Assembly: GCA_051362555.1 (NCBI GenBank)
Contig: CM120640.1
Location: forward strand, 4,154,001-4,218,000
Length of the DNA: 64,000 bases
Direction: 5' to 3'
Origin: Lingula anatina
Lineage: Eukaryota > Animalia > Brachiopoda
Shown here: in pieces, positions 40,101 to 52,003 of the stretch
Numbering within the stretch: the first letter of the stretch is position 1
How the letters are laid out: each line of letters starts with the position of its first letter
The notes under the pieces: generated by a model
Databases searched by the model: none
What the model was told of the DNA's origin: nothing
Seen by the model: only the letters and a program-made list of their open reading frames with translations
Program-made: the position numbers and the translations under genes

Positions 40101-43100
40101 GACAGATGTCTGCTATTAAGATATGACAAACCATATTAAGGACAGTATTGTATTCTTAACAATTGCAATAGAAGTACTAAAAATTGGAAATTGGAAAAAA
40201 TGAATTTTGATTGGTTTTAACATATTCAAATTGAAGCTGTCATTGAGATGTTGTATGGTGGATGTTGTATCATTTTTACCCTGTATCTTCCCAGGCTGAC
40301 ATCAGCCAAGCCATAGAATTAGGTATTCTGCTGGAGAACTTCCCCACCTGTAGAGAGCTGGTCATCCCTCCAGGTGTGACAGATTACCTGGTGAAGATTA
40401 GACTGTATGACACGTACAACAGACTGCTGGAGCTCATGGTGAGAATACACGCAAGGAAAGGAGGAGCACTGAAGGTATTGATCAGTGATGAATACACAAT
40501 TGCTGAATGAATTTTATCAATCAATTCAGTTTATCTCACCTAGTTAGGTAAACAATTTTCATTAAGAGAATTTTGTAAAATTCAAATCCTGAACCGATTT
40601 CGTAAGAATTTACAAACTCTGCATATCATGCAGGGTACTGTGTAACCTTAAGTCACATTGAAATCAATTATTGATATTATTTTATATTCTACTTCAGCTG
40701 CACATCTTGGCCCCCTACTGGCTGGTGAACAAGTCAGGCCTCCCATTGCTGTTCAGACAAGACAGTGCTAAGACCGAGGCAGCGGGACAGTTTGAAGAAC
40801 ATGAACTGGCCAGGAGTCATGCACCTCTGCTCTTCAGTTTTGCAGACAAAGATGCTCCATTCCTGTGAGTGATTTTCGTGTGTTAGAATTAAAAATGTGT
40901 ACACATTTTGAACAGTGCTTTTCAAAGATTAGGTATGCTCTTGTATAGTAACAGCCATATTGTTAGTTTTTGTTAGACTTGTACCAAAACCAAATAAGGG
41001 GGTGTGTGAGCACTGAAAAACTGAAAGCTTTGGTGTCATGATGCTGAAATAAGTCATTTGTGTGAAAGAAATGTTTTACTTCAATGTACACAGGTCTCTA
41101 TTGTTTTAGACTTTTTATCTGGATTTTAAAATGCCAAATATGTGTAAAGAATACATGTTAGTACTTATATATATCCCATACAGTAGCCTGTCATTAGGTG
41201 ATGAGTTCCTGAGGTATGTTTATGATTATTACAGGTGTATTATGAGACTGGGGAAACATGTACATGAAAACTCCTTGTCACAGTGGTAAGTACAGAATAA
41301 TGTTATTTTCCTATTATGTGACAAAACTTTGATTAATGCCTTAAATCATTCTTCAGATAGACATTGTATTTCCTTTGTTAATTTCACATATGAAATGTTA
41401 AAATTTGGAAATTTTATGAGTTACGACATGCTATAAACTTGTATTTTAGGTGCCACAGATTCAGTTTGTCAAGAGGAGTTGGCATGCGCCAGCTGCACGT
41501 CACACCAAGAGATAACAGGAAGGTGGACAAGTGAGTAACTTCTGGCTGTGTAAGTCTTTTTCTGTTAAATAGTATCACAATTTCAAGCTATGACAGGTGA
41601 TTTTTAATGACTATTTCAAATTTTTGATCCAAGTTATCAATTGTTTTTATAGAGTGTATAACATTGGCATAGAGATTCGGCAAGGCCAAGGTCGCCATAG
41701 AGACACCTATATTGTGACCTTCACCCCAAGATTCACCCTGGATAATAAATCTTCGTACAGACTGGCATTTGCACAGAGACACCAAGTGACTGGCAAGGTG
41801 AGAAATAATGGGCAGATTGACTTAAAAACATTAACTCCTTTGATCACTGTCACTATTGAGGAGATCACCCAAGTCGCCTGTGCTTCTGTCTCACCCTTCC
41901 TTTTGTAATACTACACAATTTTATAGAAAAACTACGTAGAGATCATAACATGCAATATCACAATATAAACATTGCATTTCACACATACAAGAATACTTCA
42001 TACTTTTCCTCAGGGCCCTGAGAATCCATCAGGTGTGTTTAGTGCCTACCCCAACTCCAGTCTGACTTTCCACTGGCCGCGCCAAGACCTGGATACACTG
42101 CTGTGTGTGCGCAGGATGGATGACATGGACTGCTACTGGTCAGGGGGATTCTTTCTGGATAAAGTAAACTCTTTTCATGTCAACATGAGGTAGGTAATAC
42201 TAAATGTGATTAACAGTCTGGTCATCAAGTGTAAATGTTAAACCTCTATGGCAGTCTGACAAGCCTGTCTGTATGTTCGTGAAAAAAAACATTAGAATTT
42301 ATCACCATTAGCTCAAGTTGATTGACATGTGTTCATTGGTTGTTGTAAATTTTTGAAAAGCTCTTCTATAATTTTATCAAATCAACAAGGCCAGTCTTTC
42401 ACACTGTTGTAAACTTTTTGCTTGACATAATAATAATACTGGACTCAAACATAATCCTTTTATTTTGTCATTTTATTTCAAGGGGTCCTCAGAAGATGCC
42501 ACTATTTCTAAGAGTGGATGTAGTATTACAGGGAGCCACTTACTTTGTGATATTCTCTGATGCTGATCAAATGCCTCCACCTTACAGAATTGACAACTTC
42601 TCAGAGGTAATGAGGGGGGGTTCACTTGATATACCTTTTGATTGAGGCTATCATATGTCAGAAGGAAACTGGGGTTTATAATAAACTTTACAACTAATTC
42701 ATTACCAATGTGATTTGTGGATTGGATATTTTTCCTTATATTTACAATTAAAAATTATGTTTATAGTTATAAGGCTTTTACTAGTGAAATTCATGTTTTT
42801 CATTGAAAAACTTTTCAGATACTGACAGAGCAATTTTGTCTAGTTTTATCTATGTATGTCTAAGTATTTAAAACATTTTTGTATTTATGCAGGTGCCCCT
42901 TGTTGTGTACCAAAGAGATGTGGTGGATGATCGACTCAGAACATTGATAAAACCAAAAACTTCATGTAAGTTTTACTAGATATATTACATTTGATTTTAG
43001 GCCTAATGTTACTGTTTCTTGAGAAGTGCATTTTTTGGAAAGTATGGATTTTATTTTTGAAAAAAAATGTGCTCCCCTTGCTTACTAAATTAGAAACACA

Positions 43101-46100
43101 GGTAGCTGCTCTAACGTCCTATCTTTCCAAAACCATGGCAGATCAAGCAAACATTGTTACTGAAGCAACTGATATCAACTTTTAATGAAAGTCTTGATTA
43201 TATGTCCTCTTTCTTTAATTCACTATACTGTGTTTTCAGGGCCATATGCATTAGATGAGCCCAGCCTGCAATCCATATTAGCTTGCTGTGTCCAGGGCGG
43301 GACCAAGGCCTACTATGATCTGGACAGGATAGGAGACGGCCAGCAGCTCCATTATGAGAACTTCTTTTATATAGCTGTCACAGGCACTTTTATCAGGTGA
43401 GATGATTTGAGGAGATGTTAAAGCCTGGGAATTAACAAAAAGACTGGATTGACAAACAGACAGGTTGGATTGGACAATGTATGAAATACTCATAAATTTA
43501 TTATTGTATATTGAGAGAAAGAATTTGCATATGATTTTGCATGGATTAAAAAGTTGAGTTGATAACAAATCTAATTTCTGAAAAAGTCACTTGACACTGA
43601 TTTTTGATGCAAATTATATTTTTTCTTCTTAACCATTTATAAAATATGTAATACTATTTTTCCTCTCGGTCATATATAACATATGTACCTATATCTGTGT
43701 TCAGAGAGCCCCAGCCAGGTTCCCTGCAGCCCCTCTCCTCAGACTTGGAGTCCCAGATGTTGGTGTTGGATGTCCCCACAGACTCCACCGCTGTGGTCTT
43801 CAAGAGGAAAGTAAGTAATTACTGGTGTATGTGGTTTGAACGTATTGATGCTTCCTAATTTATTTTCACTGTTCAGCCATTTATTAAACACCATAATTGG
43901 TGCATTTTTGGTATACTTCTGATGAAACATTTTTGACCAGCCTTTTGATCAACAATTGAAAAATTTTTCATAAGAGTGAATGTCAAAGGTAAAACTTTGT
44001 TCAAACCAAGATGAATGTGTTGTCTATTATCAATCTACTTAAAACCAATTTAAGACATTAAGTTTGATAAAGTAATAAACAACATAGAACTAAGTCAGTT
44101 CAATGTATTAATCTCCAGGAGACAGGTAAGAGGTCTCAGTTATGGAGGATGACCACCAGTGGTCTGATACAACATGAGGGTTCTGCCGTCCCCAGGGACC
44201 CCAGGAAGAGTCCAGCCAAGGACAATGTGTTTGTACTGGACATCTCGGCCATAGCCCCGCTGCCCACCCAGTATGTACCCCTGATGCTGAGGAAGATGGA
44301 CCCCAGGAGGAGGGCCACACAGACATGGCAGTTCACTGAGGTAAGGGGGCAGGGGGGTTAGATATTAGATATTGTAAAGAATCCAGCTTCTGGCTCCAGT
44401 TTCATAAAAGAGAACTGAAATTGAAAGTTTGTCTATACTTCATGACTTTGGTTTACCTCAATCTGTGAAATAAGTGGTCTGATATTGAATTGACTCAGTA
44501 AGACAGACAGCCTGTGACAACTGTGAACTTGAAGTAGAATAGTATTACAGTAAAAGTCAAGTATTGCTGTTTCTTGTGACCAGAAATTGAGTTTTCTTTG
44601 TGCTTTCTTGAATTTGTAATCTGAGTTTATATGATATAGCATATTTCTTTGAGTGCTGTTTGTATGACATTATTTTTATGACTAGTTACATTTTTCTCCT
44701 ATCTGTGAAAGCCCAAGTAAGTCGAGCGTGGATTGCAGGCTTTATAAATCCCAGAGTCCATCTCGGTAACAATTTATATTGACTGTGAATGTAACCATAT
44801 GTACTCTGTGATTCAGGATGGTCGCCTGGTCAGTGCCTTTGGCAGCCTCAGTGTCCAGTCCAGAGACGGGGTCACTGGACTGAAGGATGGGGCAGCGGTG
44901 GTGGTGGGACCTGGTCTACCACTGACCATTACTGGCAGTTCAGAGTCCAGCACCCCTGTACCTGTGTACATGGCCCTGGGCAGACAGAAGATGAGGAGTG
45001 GTTCTGGTGTACTGGCTGTCAGGGTGATACCAGATGGTCCCACTAGAGTTCTGGAGATTACTGATCTCATGCAGAGGGTAAGGGGGAATATGTGTGTATG
45101 TTTTCTAGCTAGTAATACATGGTAAGCTAGGAATGGAAGCCTGTAAATGTTAGGAGCCTATTTATCTTCTTATCACAGATAAATGTGGAAAATATGAGGG
45201 AAAGAACCTTGTAAGCTGATTTAATCAACAAACTTATATACAAGTATTTATACTACATTGTACAGGGACAAGACATTCATTGTGAACGAGTTACCTTTGG
45301 TTGATAATGTTTTCTGATAATAATTGCTTATTGATATTATAACTATTTGTAGGATGTAGCAATATCAGACTCTGATGACTACACCATGGTGACAGAGAAA
45401 GGGACAGAACAACAGAGAAGAAGTAGTTCTATAACAGACCATGACAAGATTGGGGAGTTGAAGGTGTGTTACGAAAACAGAAATTTTGCCACAAGTCTAT
45501 ACTACTAATGGGAATAAAATACATTTGATATTGGAAACACCTCTAGGAAACACCATTTGGAAAATAGTCCTTTTAAAATATTTGAAAGTGATGTTTAATA
45601 ATAGAGACACCACTAGGAAAACAAGATTTTTGATAAGGTTTTGGAATTGATGTGATAATGTGTTTTATTTTGAAAAGTTATATTTTGCAAATCCTGTTTC
45701 AAACATGTAGTGTATATAGCATTATGTTTATAGCATGTTTTCATTTCATCTTCTAGGTATCCTTAAATCTCCATGGCGTGGGGATTTCCCTGGTCAACCA
45801 CATCCCTGAAGAACTTGTATACATCTCATTCATGGACATTGACGTTGGGTTTTCTTCCAAAAGGGGATCACAACTTCTGGAGATGTCTGTCAAGAATGTG
45901 CAGGTTAATATGACCTAGTTGGATAAGGATTTACAGCATCAAAACTTTGAAAGTTCCGATCAGTAGAAAATGACAGTGGAACATGTTTATATTGTCAGAT
46001 GTATCAAATTAAACTTTGTCAAGAAATTATCACTATAATATGTGAAGTACAGCAATTTTATTTGATACTTTCTCACTGTGTCATATTGTAAACCAAACTC

Positions 46101-49100
46101 CCTATGTATTATCTAACCATTGAGCCATCATTCTGTGTTTTAGGTTGACAGTCAGTTGTTTGGCGCCCTGACCCCAGTGGTGCTGTTTGTTACCAGGTTA
46201 AAAGAGGGCATCAGAGACGACTCTCCTGCACTGCAAATCTCTGCACATAAAGTGGCCAATAAGGAATGGAATGCTGAAATATACAAGGTGTTTATTTCAT
46301 ATTTTACTGCTCACAGTAAAAAAAAAATAATGGTAAATTATAATCACGTTTATAATCATGTTTCATCCCTTAAAGTATTAATTCATATTTGTTCTGCCAG
46401 CACCTTGCTGTCTATATGAAGAGAATGACTTTGATCATTGAGGAACGTTTGTTGTGGAAACTACTGCAATTTGCTGACATTGGATTGGATGACAGTGACT
46501 TGGAGCAAGTTGATGAAAGTGACTTCTCAGCACAAAGGTAAGTTCATCCTATTTTGTCTTTGGTATTTCCATTATTCTTGGGCTTTCATTGAAACATGTT
46601 TATTTTGTAGGTAGGTGATATCTTAGCAGTGTATGGGAGTGAATGTCAATCTAAGCAATGTGTTGTTGCTCAACAAAAATATGTTGACTTTTGTATGGGA
46701 TGTACTTCATGGTGAGGTTGTTGAGGCAATCTATAATGACTTGATCTGCTCTTAGTTTAGCAAAGTTATAGCACCAATACTTTTTACTATCAAATTAAAT
46801 AATTATCACTGTTCTAATTTCTTCTATAGAAACCAAGCAGTAGCCACAGCCATCCAGGCCAAGAGATACTACTTTGGAGTGCTAAAGATCCAGACGCGCC
46901 GTATCAACCTGGGCATGCACACGTCCACCAAGCTGCCCCCTGACCTGGAGGCCATCAAGGTCAAGATGGGAATACCTCTCATCAAGTTTGAGGATGCCAA
47001 GGTTGAATTAGGTAGGTCAAGGTGAAGGTGAAGGGCATTTGTTACCAATAATGCTACTCATTTGCAAGATAATGAACAAAAAGTTTATTAAGATTTGGTT
47101 GTGGAAAGGATAGTTTTCTATAACATATTTTGAATACCTACTTTCTTTGGTATGATATATTTGTTCAATTTGTTTTTCAGACCCTTTTGTTCAGTACCAT
47201 CCATTTGAAACCAGTGCTTTGCTTATAAATTCAATCATCACTCATTACACTGAGGTAGGTGACATTGGTATAGACAAATGTAAATTTTAAGATGTTAAAA
47301 GTAATTTATCACCCTACAGAATTCTTTGTTTCGTTATTTATAGTTAAATTGTTGACAAATATTTAAGATGCAAGTAATATGTCAATCAAAGAATATAAAG
47401 AATATAAGCTTTATACTGTGGATTATTTAGTACTGACAGTTGAATTATTTTATACTTCCCAGGAACTAAAAAGCCAGGCAGCTAAGATCCTGGGTTCTGT
47501 AGACTTCCTGGGGAATCCCCTGGGTCTGGTGAATGATGTGACCGCAGGGATCTCTGGGGTGGTCAGAGAGGGCAATATAGGGGGTCTGTTTACCAATGTG
47601 GCCCACGGCTTCACCAACTCTGCTGCCAAGGTAAGCACAGTGCATTAGGTATCAGTTTGTGTAGAAACACAGGTATTTGAGGTTCATAAGATGGAAGTGA
47701 TATTGCCTCAAAGTATCATACATATACTGTATATGTAGTCATTTAAAAATTGTCAATGTGTATTCTTGTGGCATTTCTTATTTTGTGCACATCTTTTTCC
47801 TTTGTTCTGTAAGACTGCTTTGTAGTCATGCTCCACGCTACTACACTGTATCAGTACATCTTTATGAGTTAGACATTTTATCTGGGGATATTCAAAGAGC
47901 TAAATAAACTGAACCATCTTTGCTATTTCCTATAGCAGTACTCTTGTGTGGACTGTTTAATGTAAAGGACAGATTCAAGTTAATATGGAACAAGAATGAA
48001 ACCACTGAATCATTTATTTCCAGGTGACTGGTTCTCTGTCAGATGGTCTTAGTAAGCTGACCTTTGATGAGCAGTACCAGACTGTGAGGCAGCAGATCAA
48101 GAATGAAGGGGACAGTGGAGGCAATATTATAGCAGGAATCAAAGGGCTGGGTCATGGCTTGGTGGGAGGTCTCACCAGTATTGTACAGAACACAGTACAG
48201 GGGTACAGCAGTGGAGGAGTAGAGGTGAGAGAACTGGATATACTGTGTGTATGTATTTATAGTGGAGAGGCACAGGTGAGGGAATAGAATATATTATGTG
48301 TATATATGTATTTATAGTGGAGAGGCACAGGTGAGGGAATAGAATATATTATGTGTATATATGTATTTATAGTGGAGAGGCACAGGTGAGGGAATAGAAT
48401 ATATTATGTGTATATATGTATTTATAGTGGAGAGGCACAGGTGAGGGAATAGAATATGCTGTATGCCTGCATTTATGACTGCATATGCATACATTCTGCC
48501 ACACATGCACATACACAATGTAGAAAATAGTGAGTAGGAAAAAAACTTTTGTGACATTTCTGTGCTGGAGAGATATAAAAAGAGTTTCTTGTTGTAACAT
48601 ATATATATTTTTATTTTATAAAAAGTTTTTTAAAAATCACCATCCCCCATTCTGATTTCAGGGTTTGATGGCAGGGCTGGGTCGCGGTATGGTGGGCACT
48701 GTCACCAAGCCAGTCACGGGAATGCTGGACTTTGCCTCCCATACAGCCACCGCCATGAGAGACACCAGTCGCACTAGTAGTGCAAGGAGACAGAACAGGC
48801 ACCGCAGTACCAGGCATTGCCTGGGCCCTGGGGGACTCCTGCCAGAGTACTCAGAACATGATGCCCTGGCACAGACCTTCCTCTACTTGCTGAATGATGG
48901 GGATTACTCTGAAAGGTAATTAGAATGGGGTGCATTTGTTCTTTTGGAGTCTGTGATCATGCTGACATATATATATATTTGAAATGTATAGGCATAAAGG
49001 GCCCATGATGCTCTCTGATATGTAAGTATACTTAGAATTGGATTATCCTGCATTCCTTGGATTATCCTATCATATGTATTTCTTATATTACTAAGCTGTA

Positions 49101-50140
49101 GTACAATGTTTAAGCATACAGATACATATCTTATATCAATTCTAGATACATTGCCATGATCCCAGTGAAGAGTGGTCGGGAGAGTCTGAGAGTTCTGATC
49201 ACCAGTGACCAGCTGTATTTTCTACGCCATGAATCTCCAGACATGGACAATGTCACCCTGCAGGTGCCCTATGAGGAACTGAAGGGATGCAGGGTCATAG
49301 ATTTAGGTAATAGAGACATCAAAACGGGAAAAATGAATGTTTTATGTTTCCATTTTCATTAAGTGATTACTGATCTTGATGTATTTTATCACTTGAAAAC
49401 ACTTTATATCATTAATATCAAGTTTTATTTATAACAATTATGTTTAAGATCAAAATCTGTAATTTTTATGGTCTTGATATGTAGTAAGTGGATTGAGAAA
49501 TTATATAAAACAATTCTTTCTGGTTGCTTGATATTTTAACACATTTATGTGTACTTAGTACTGTGTAATAAATGACAAATTCAATTTTGAACCATATTTG
49601 CAAACACTTATACAGTTGACATATTTTCCTCATATACAGTCCAGAATGATGGAACCCTTGGCTACTATGTCCAGTTGTCCATATCCAGCAGTCAAAATGG
49701 AGGGGCAGCCCCTAATATACCTCTGAGGACCCCGCAGATTAGATGTGATAGCGAGATGACAGCCATGCAGGTGATGTAGCACATATGTTGTAGTGTAATT
49801 TGATATGAGTATAATTAGTACCTGGTTTGTAATTGGATAAAGGTATACATGTCTATATCACAGTAGTTTGAAGCTAATACATTGTTTTTGGTTAGATTAA
49901 TCACTAGTATCTCATTCTTTTCTGTCTTTACACTGTAGAAACCACAACTTGTTTTACTAAGTCAGTGTATTTTGTACCTGGTAAACAGTCATTTAGTATC
50001 ATTTATGTATGATGACATCTTTTCCTTTGACTCAATTCTAGGTAACAGAGCAGATTCTATATGCTAAAAACCTGTTTGATGAAAAAAGACAAACAGTGGA
50101 TGCTGGAGAGGAAGAAAACCAAGCAGAATTATTTTCATGA
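7541..50140 (+). CDS. VPS13D: Vacuolar protein sorting 13D (bridge-like lipid transfer protein), complete multi-exon gene
   Basis: Starts [33 protein letters not shown]|[14 protein letters not shown] (chorein N-terminus); UBA domain exon at 35910-36103 (diagnostic for VPS13D); VAB/SHR-BD region ([17 protein letters not shown] ~40700); QLW-type lectin-like segment ~44120; C-terminal [16 protein letters not shown] and [16 protein letters not shown]; last exon 50042-50140 ends ..QAELFS*. The exon phases I checked were consistent. Confidence 0.96.
13089..16558 (+). mobile_element. Non-autonomous Helitron/Helentron-like (HINE-type) element with a central satellite array
   Basis: 5' TATTGTACCACCAGCG-ttag-CGCTGGCGGTACA hairpin; GC-rich microsatellite-like stretch; 3' subterminal inverted repeat CTGGTGGTACAATA (16512-16525), hairpin GAGGCG-gtat-CGCCTC and terminal CTAG followed by TT; no TSD. 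Confidence 0.85.
14055..16355 (+). repeat. 146-bp tandem repeat, ~15.7 copies, highly homogeneous
   Basis: CTCCAAAACTGGCAGAGATAGGTCC recurs at 14065, 14211, 14357, 14503 ... 15963, 16109. Confidence 0.95.
19900..21537. mobile_element. Foldback element: ~665-bp near-identical inverted arms around a ~300-bp spacer, TA-flanked
   Basis: 19900-~20567 is the reverse complement of ~20871-21537 with only a handful of mismatches; TA at 19898-19899 and 21538-21539; no transposase ORF. Confidence 0.9.
23780..25565 (+). CDS. VPS13D: VPS13D largest internal exon (~1.8 kb)
   Basis: 600-aa ORF bounded by a ttccag acceptor and an AA|gttagt donor; contains VPS13 motifs ([32 protein letters not shown]). Confidence 0.9.
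25973..26098 (+). CDS. VPS13D: Putative in-frame cassette exon of VPS13D (126 nt, phase 2-2)
   Basis: Polypyrimidine tract and tttatag acceptor; stop-free frame [41 protein letters not shown]; TG|gtacat donor; phases match both flanking exons. Confidence 0.6.
34089..34158. repeat. (TA)n microsatellite, ~35 units
   Basis: Pure TA run. Confidence 0.98.
34205..34433 (+). mobile_element. Small nested HINE-type element (third family)
   Basis: Starts ..tctgcctaggaggttatattttcacccctgtttgtctgtc; ends ccttggcagaggtctgcactc..ttctagtt (subTIR, hairpin remnant, CTAG-TT). Confidence 0.65.
34664..34826. mobile_element. Nested MITE, diverged inverted copy of 1412-1570
   Basis: ggggtggattgagaccatcttctggg..gaaaatatctcagggtccgctcctg matches the reverse complement of 1412-1570; flanks TTATCG / TTATTG. 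Confidence 0.7.
35910..36103 (+). CDS. VPS13D: VPS13D UBA-domain exon
   Basis: [34 protein letters not shown] fits the UBA pattern (LxxMGF...ALxxxxGxxxxAxxWL); flanked by AG and GT. Confidence 0.88.
48210..48460 (+). repeat. 55-bp minisatellite x4 derived from an exon/intron junction
   Basis: AGTGGAGAGGCACAGGTGAGGGAATAGAAT.. at 48261, 48316, 48371, 48426; resembles the exon end at 48210-48240. Confidence 0.9.
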
Positions 50141-51141
50141 GATTCAAAAGATATGCAAAAGTTTATTTTGTGAAGAAAAACAAAGATCTACTTCGAAGCA
50201 GAGTATAGGGTTTTGTGCAGTGTGAGAAATTGTAAACTGACCTCTTGGATGTTGACAGGGAAAACCAGCAGACTTTTGGAAGTTGTTCTTGAATGTGCCA
50301 TAAGAGTTAAATGTCTTAGTGGTTGGTCTTACCAGAAATGTTACAGTGTCATTTGCCCAAGTTCTTAATTTGAGCAGCATCAACGTGTATTTGCAACTGG
50401 AGAAAAAAGCTTTTTTGAAAAATAGATTTTAATGGTGCTTGTAAAAATAATGACACATTAGATGAGAATTAGTGGTTGTTTATGGAATTATTGTGCTTTC
50501 ATTGCATCACATTGAATTATTGAATTTTTTGTGCCAATATGAGCACTGCTCTGTTATTAATTTACATGGCAACTGTGATAGATAATATATTAACATGGTC
50601 ATCTAGTCGGATGGTTAAGGTTGTGTGTATTGGTGCTTGTATTGTGGAACTTGTAATTATATCTGATATTTGTGGATGTGATCAGCAATACACATGTATT
50701 TTTAATTAACAACAATATTGTTGGTGGATTGGGGCTTGCTTATCATCAAAGTTTGCTGTACCTTCATTATCCATTTGTGCAAAAAATACAATAGTTGCTC
50801 AAGTCCAATGATGTTACAGAATCTTTTTACACCATTTAACAAAAATTCCTAGATTCATTTCGTTACTAAACTCAGGAGGCATAGTTTGTGTAGACTGCAT
50901 GAATTACATCTTGAGAATGCCTTCATTAAATATTGTTACAATTTAATAATTATATTTTACCCCAAAGTGCAAGGAATTTCATTTTTGGAGTAGAAGTATT
51001 TTTGGCAATTTTAGACAGAGTTCCTGTGCTACAATGTCTGAACAGTCTTAAACATTCAAATTCAGACTAATGTTATAGAATTTCATAATGCTTATTTTGA
51101 ATGGAATATTTCCCTAAAAAGGAAAAAACTTGTAAAATGTA

Positions 51142-51156
51142 AATAAAGATTTTATT
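51142..51156. terminator. Back-to-back polyadenylation signals: AATAAA (+) and TTTATT (AATAAA on -)
   Basis: AATAAAgatTTTATT between the stops of convergent VPS13D (50140) and the zinc-finger gene (52004). Confidence 0.5.
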
Positions 51157-52003
51157 GTTGAATCCCACTTATTCATGTGTTCACAAGTTTCAAATTATTT
51201 ACATATCATGTAAGTCTGTATTGGGAGGAATCAATTCTTGAAATCAGTCACCAAATGACCCTACATATGACAGCCCTTTTGTGTACTAGCTTTTCTACAG
51301 TAACTAATATTTCATTACATGTTGATTACATTATTTCTTAAAACAATTCGAATAGTAAATAAGTTCACCTTAAATCAGCAACTATCTATGCTTTGAGATC
51401 TAGAACTTGTCATCCTGTGTACTGCAACTAAACCCTGCCGATTCTGTACACAGCTACATAAATATCAGAGCCAAGGCATAACAATTGTATTAACATAATA
51501 TTATAGTTAGTCTATAACTAATAAATCAATGTTCACGTTCAGTTTCTTACTTCTCATACTAAGATTCTGATTTAACTCTTGAAATTTTACATTCAAAAGA
51601 GCCCACTGCACACCTATTGCTGTAACTAATAATTCCATAAACAATTTTCCAACTGTCCAGTGGCTTGAGTTATTTAATAAAACCCAATCTTAAATTCTGG
51701 TCCAAATAACTCCTGTTATTCCTATTATAACATAGAGCAGCTCACTTTCCAATGTTTGAAGTTATTTTGCTTCCTTTAAGAGATTTTGTTGACAATGTTG
51801 CTAATCACCAAAATTAATCAGTCTATCTTGAGCATCTTGCTCAGAAGATGAGGCTATCCAGGTGAATAGCCTCTGTCCAGGTAATGTACTTGCCCCCCTC
51901 CCAACCTACAGACTTGGAAATTGAAGAAAAATTACTGCCTTATTCTTAGTGCATAACACAGCCCACAAAATTCTCTAAATTGAATGCCACAGGTTTTCAT
52001 CCA

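Noticed and set aside
45757-45768. GTATCCTTAAAT as a U12 donor in VPS13D
   Set aside because: It follows a ttctag acceptor and encodes the in-frame exon start [14 protein letters not shown].
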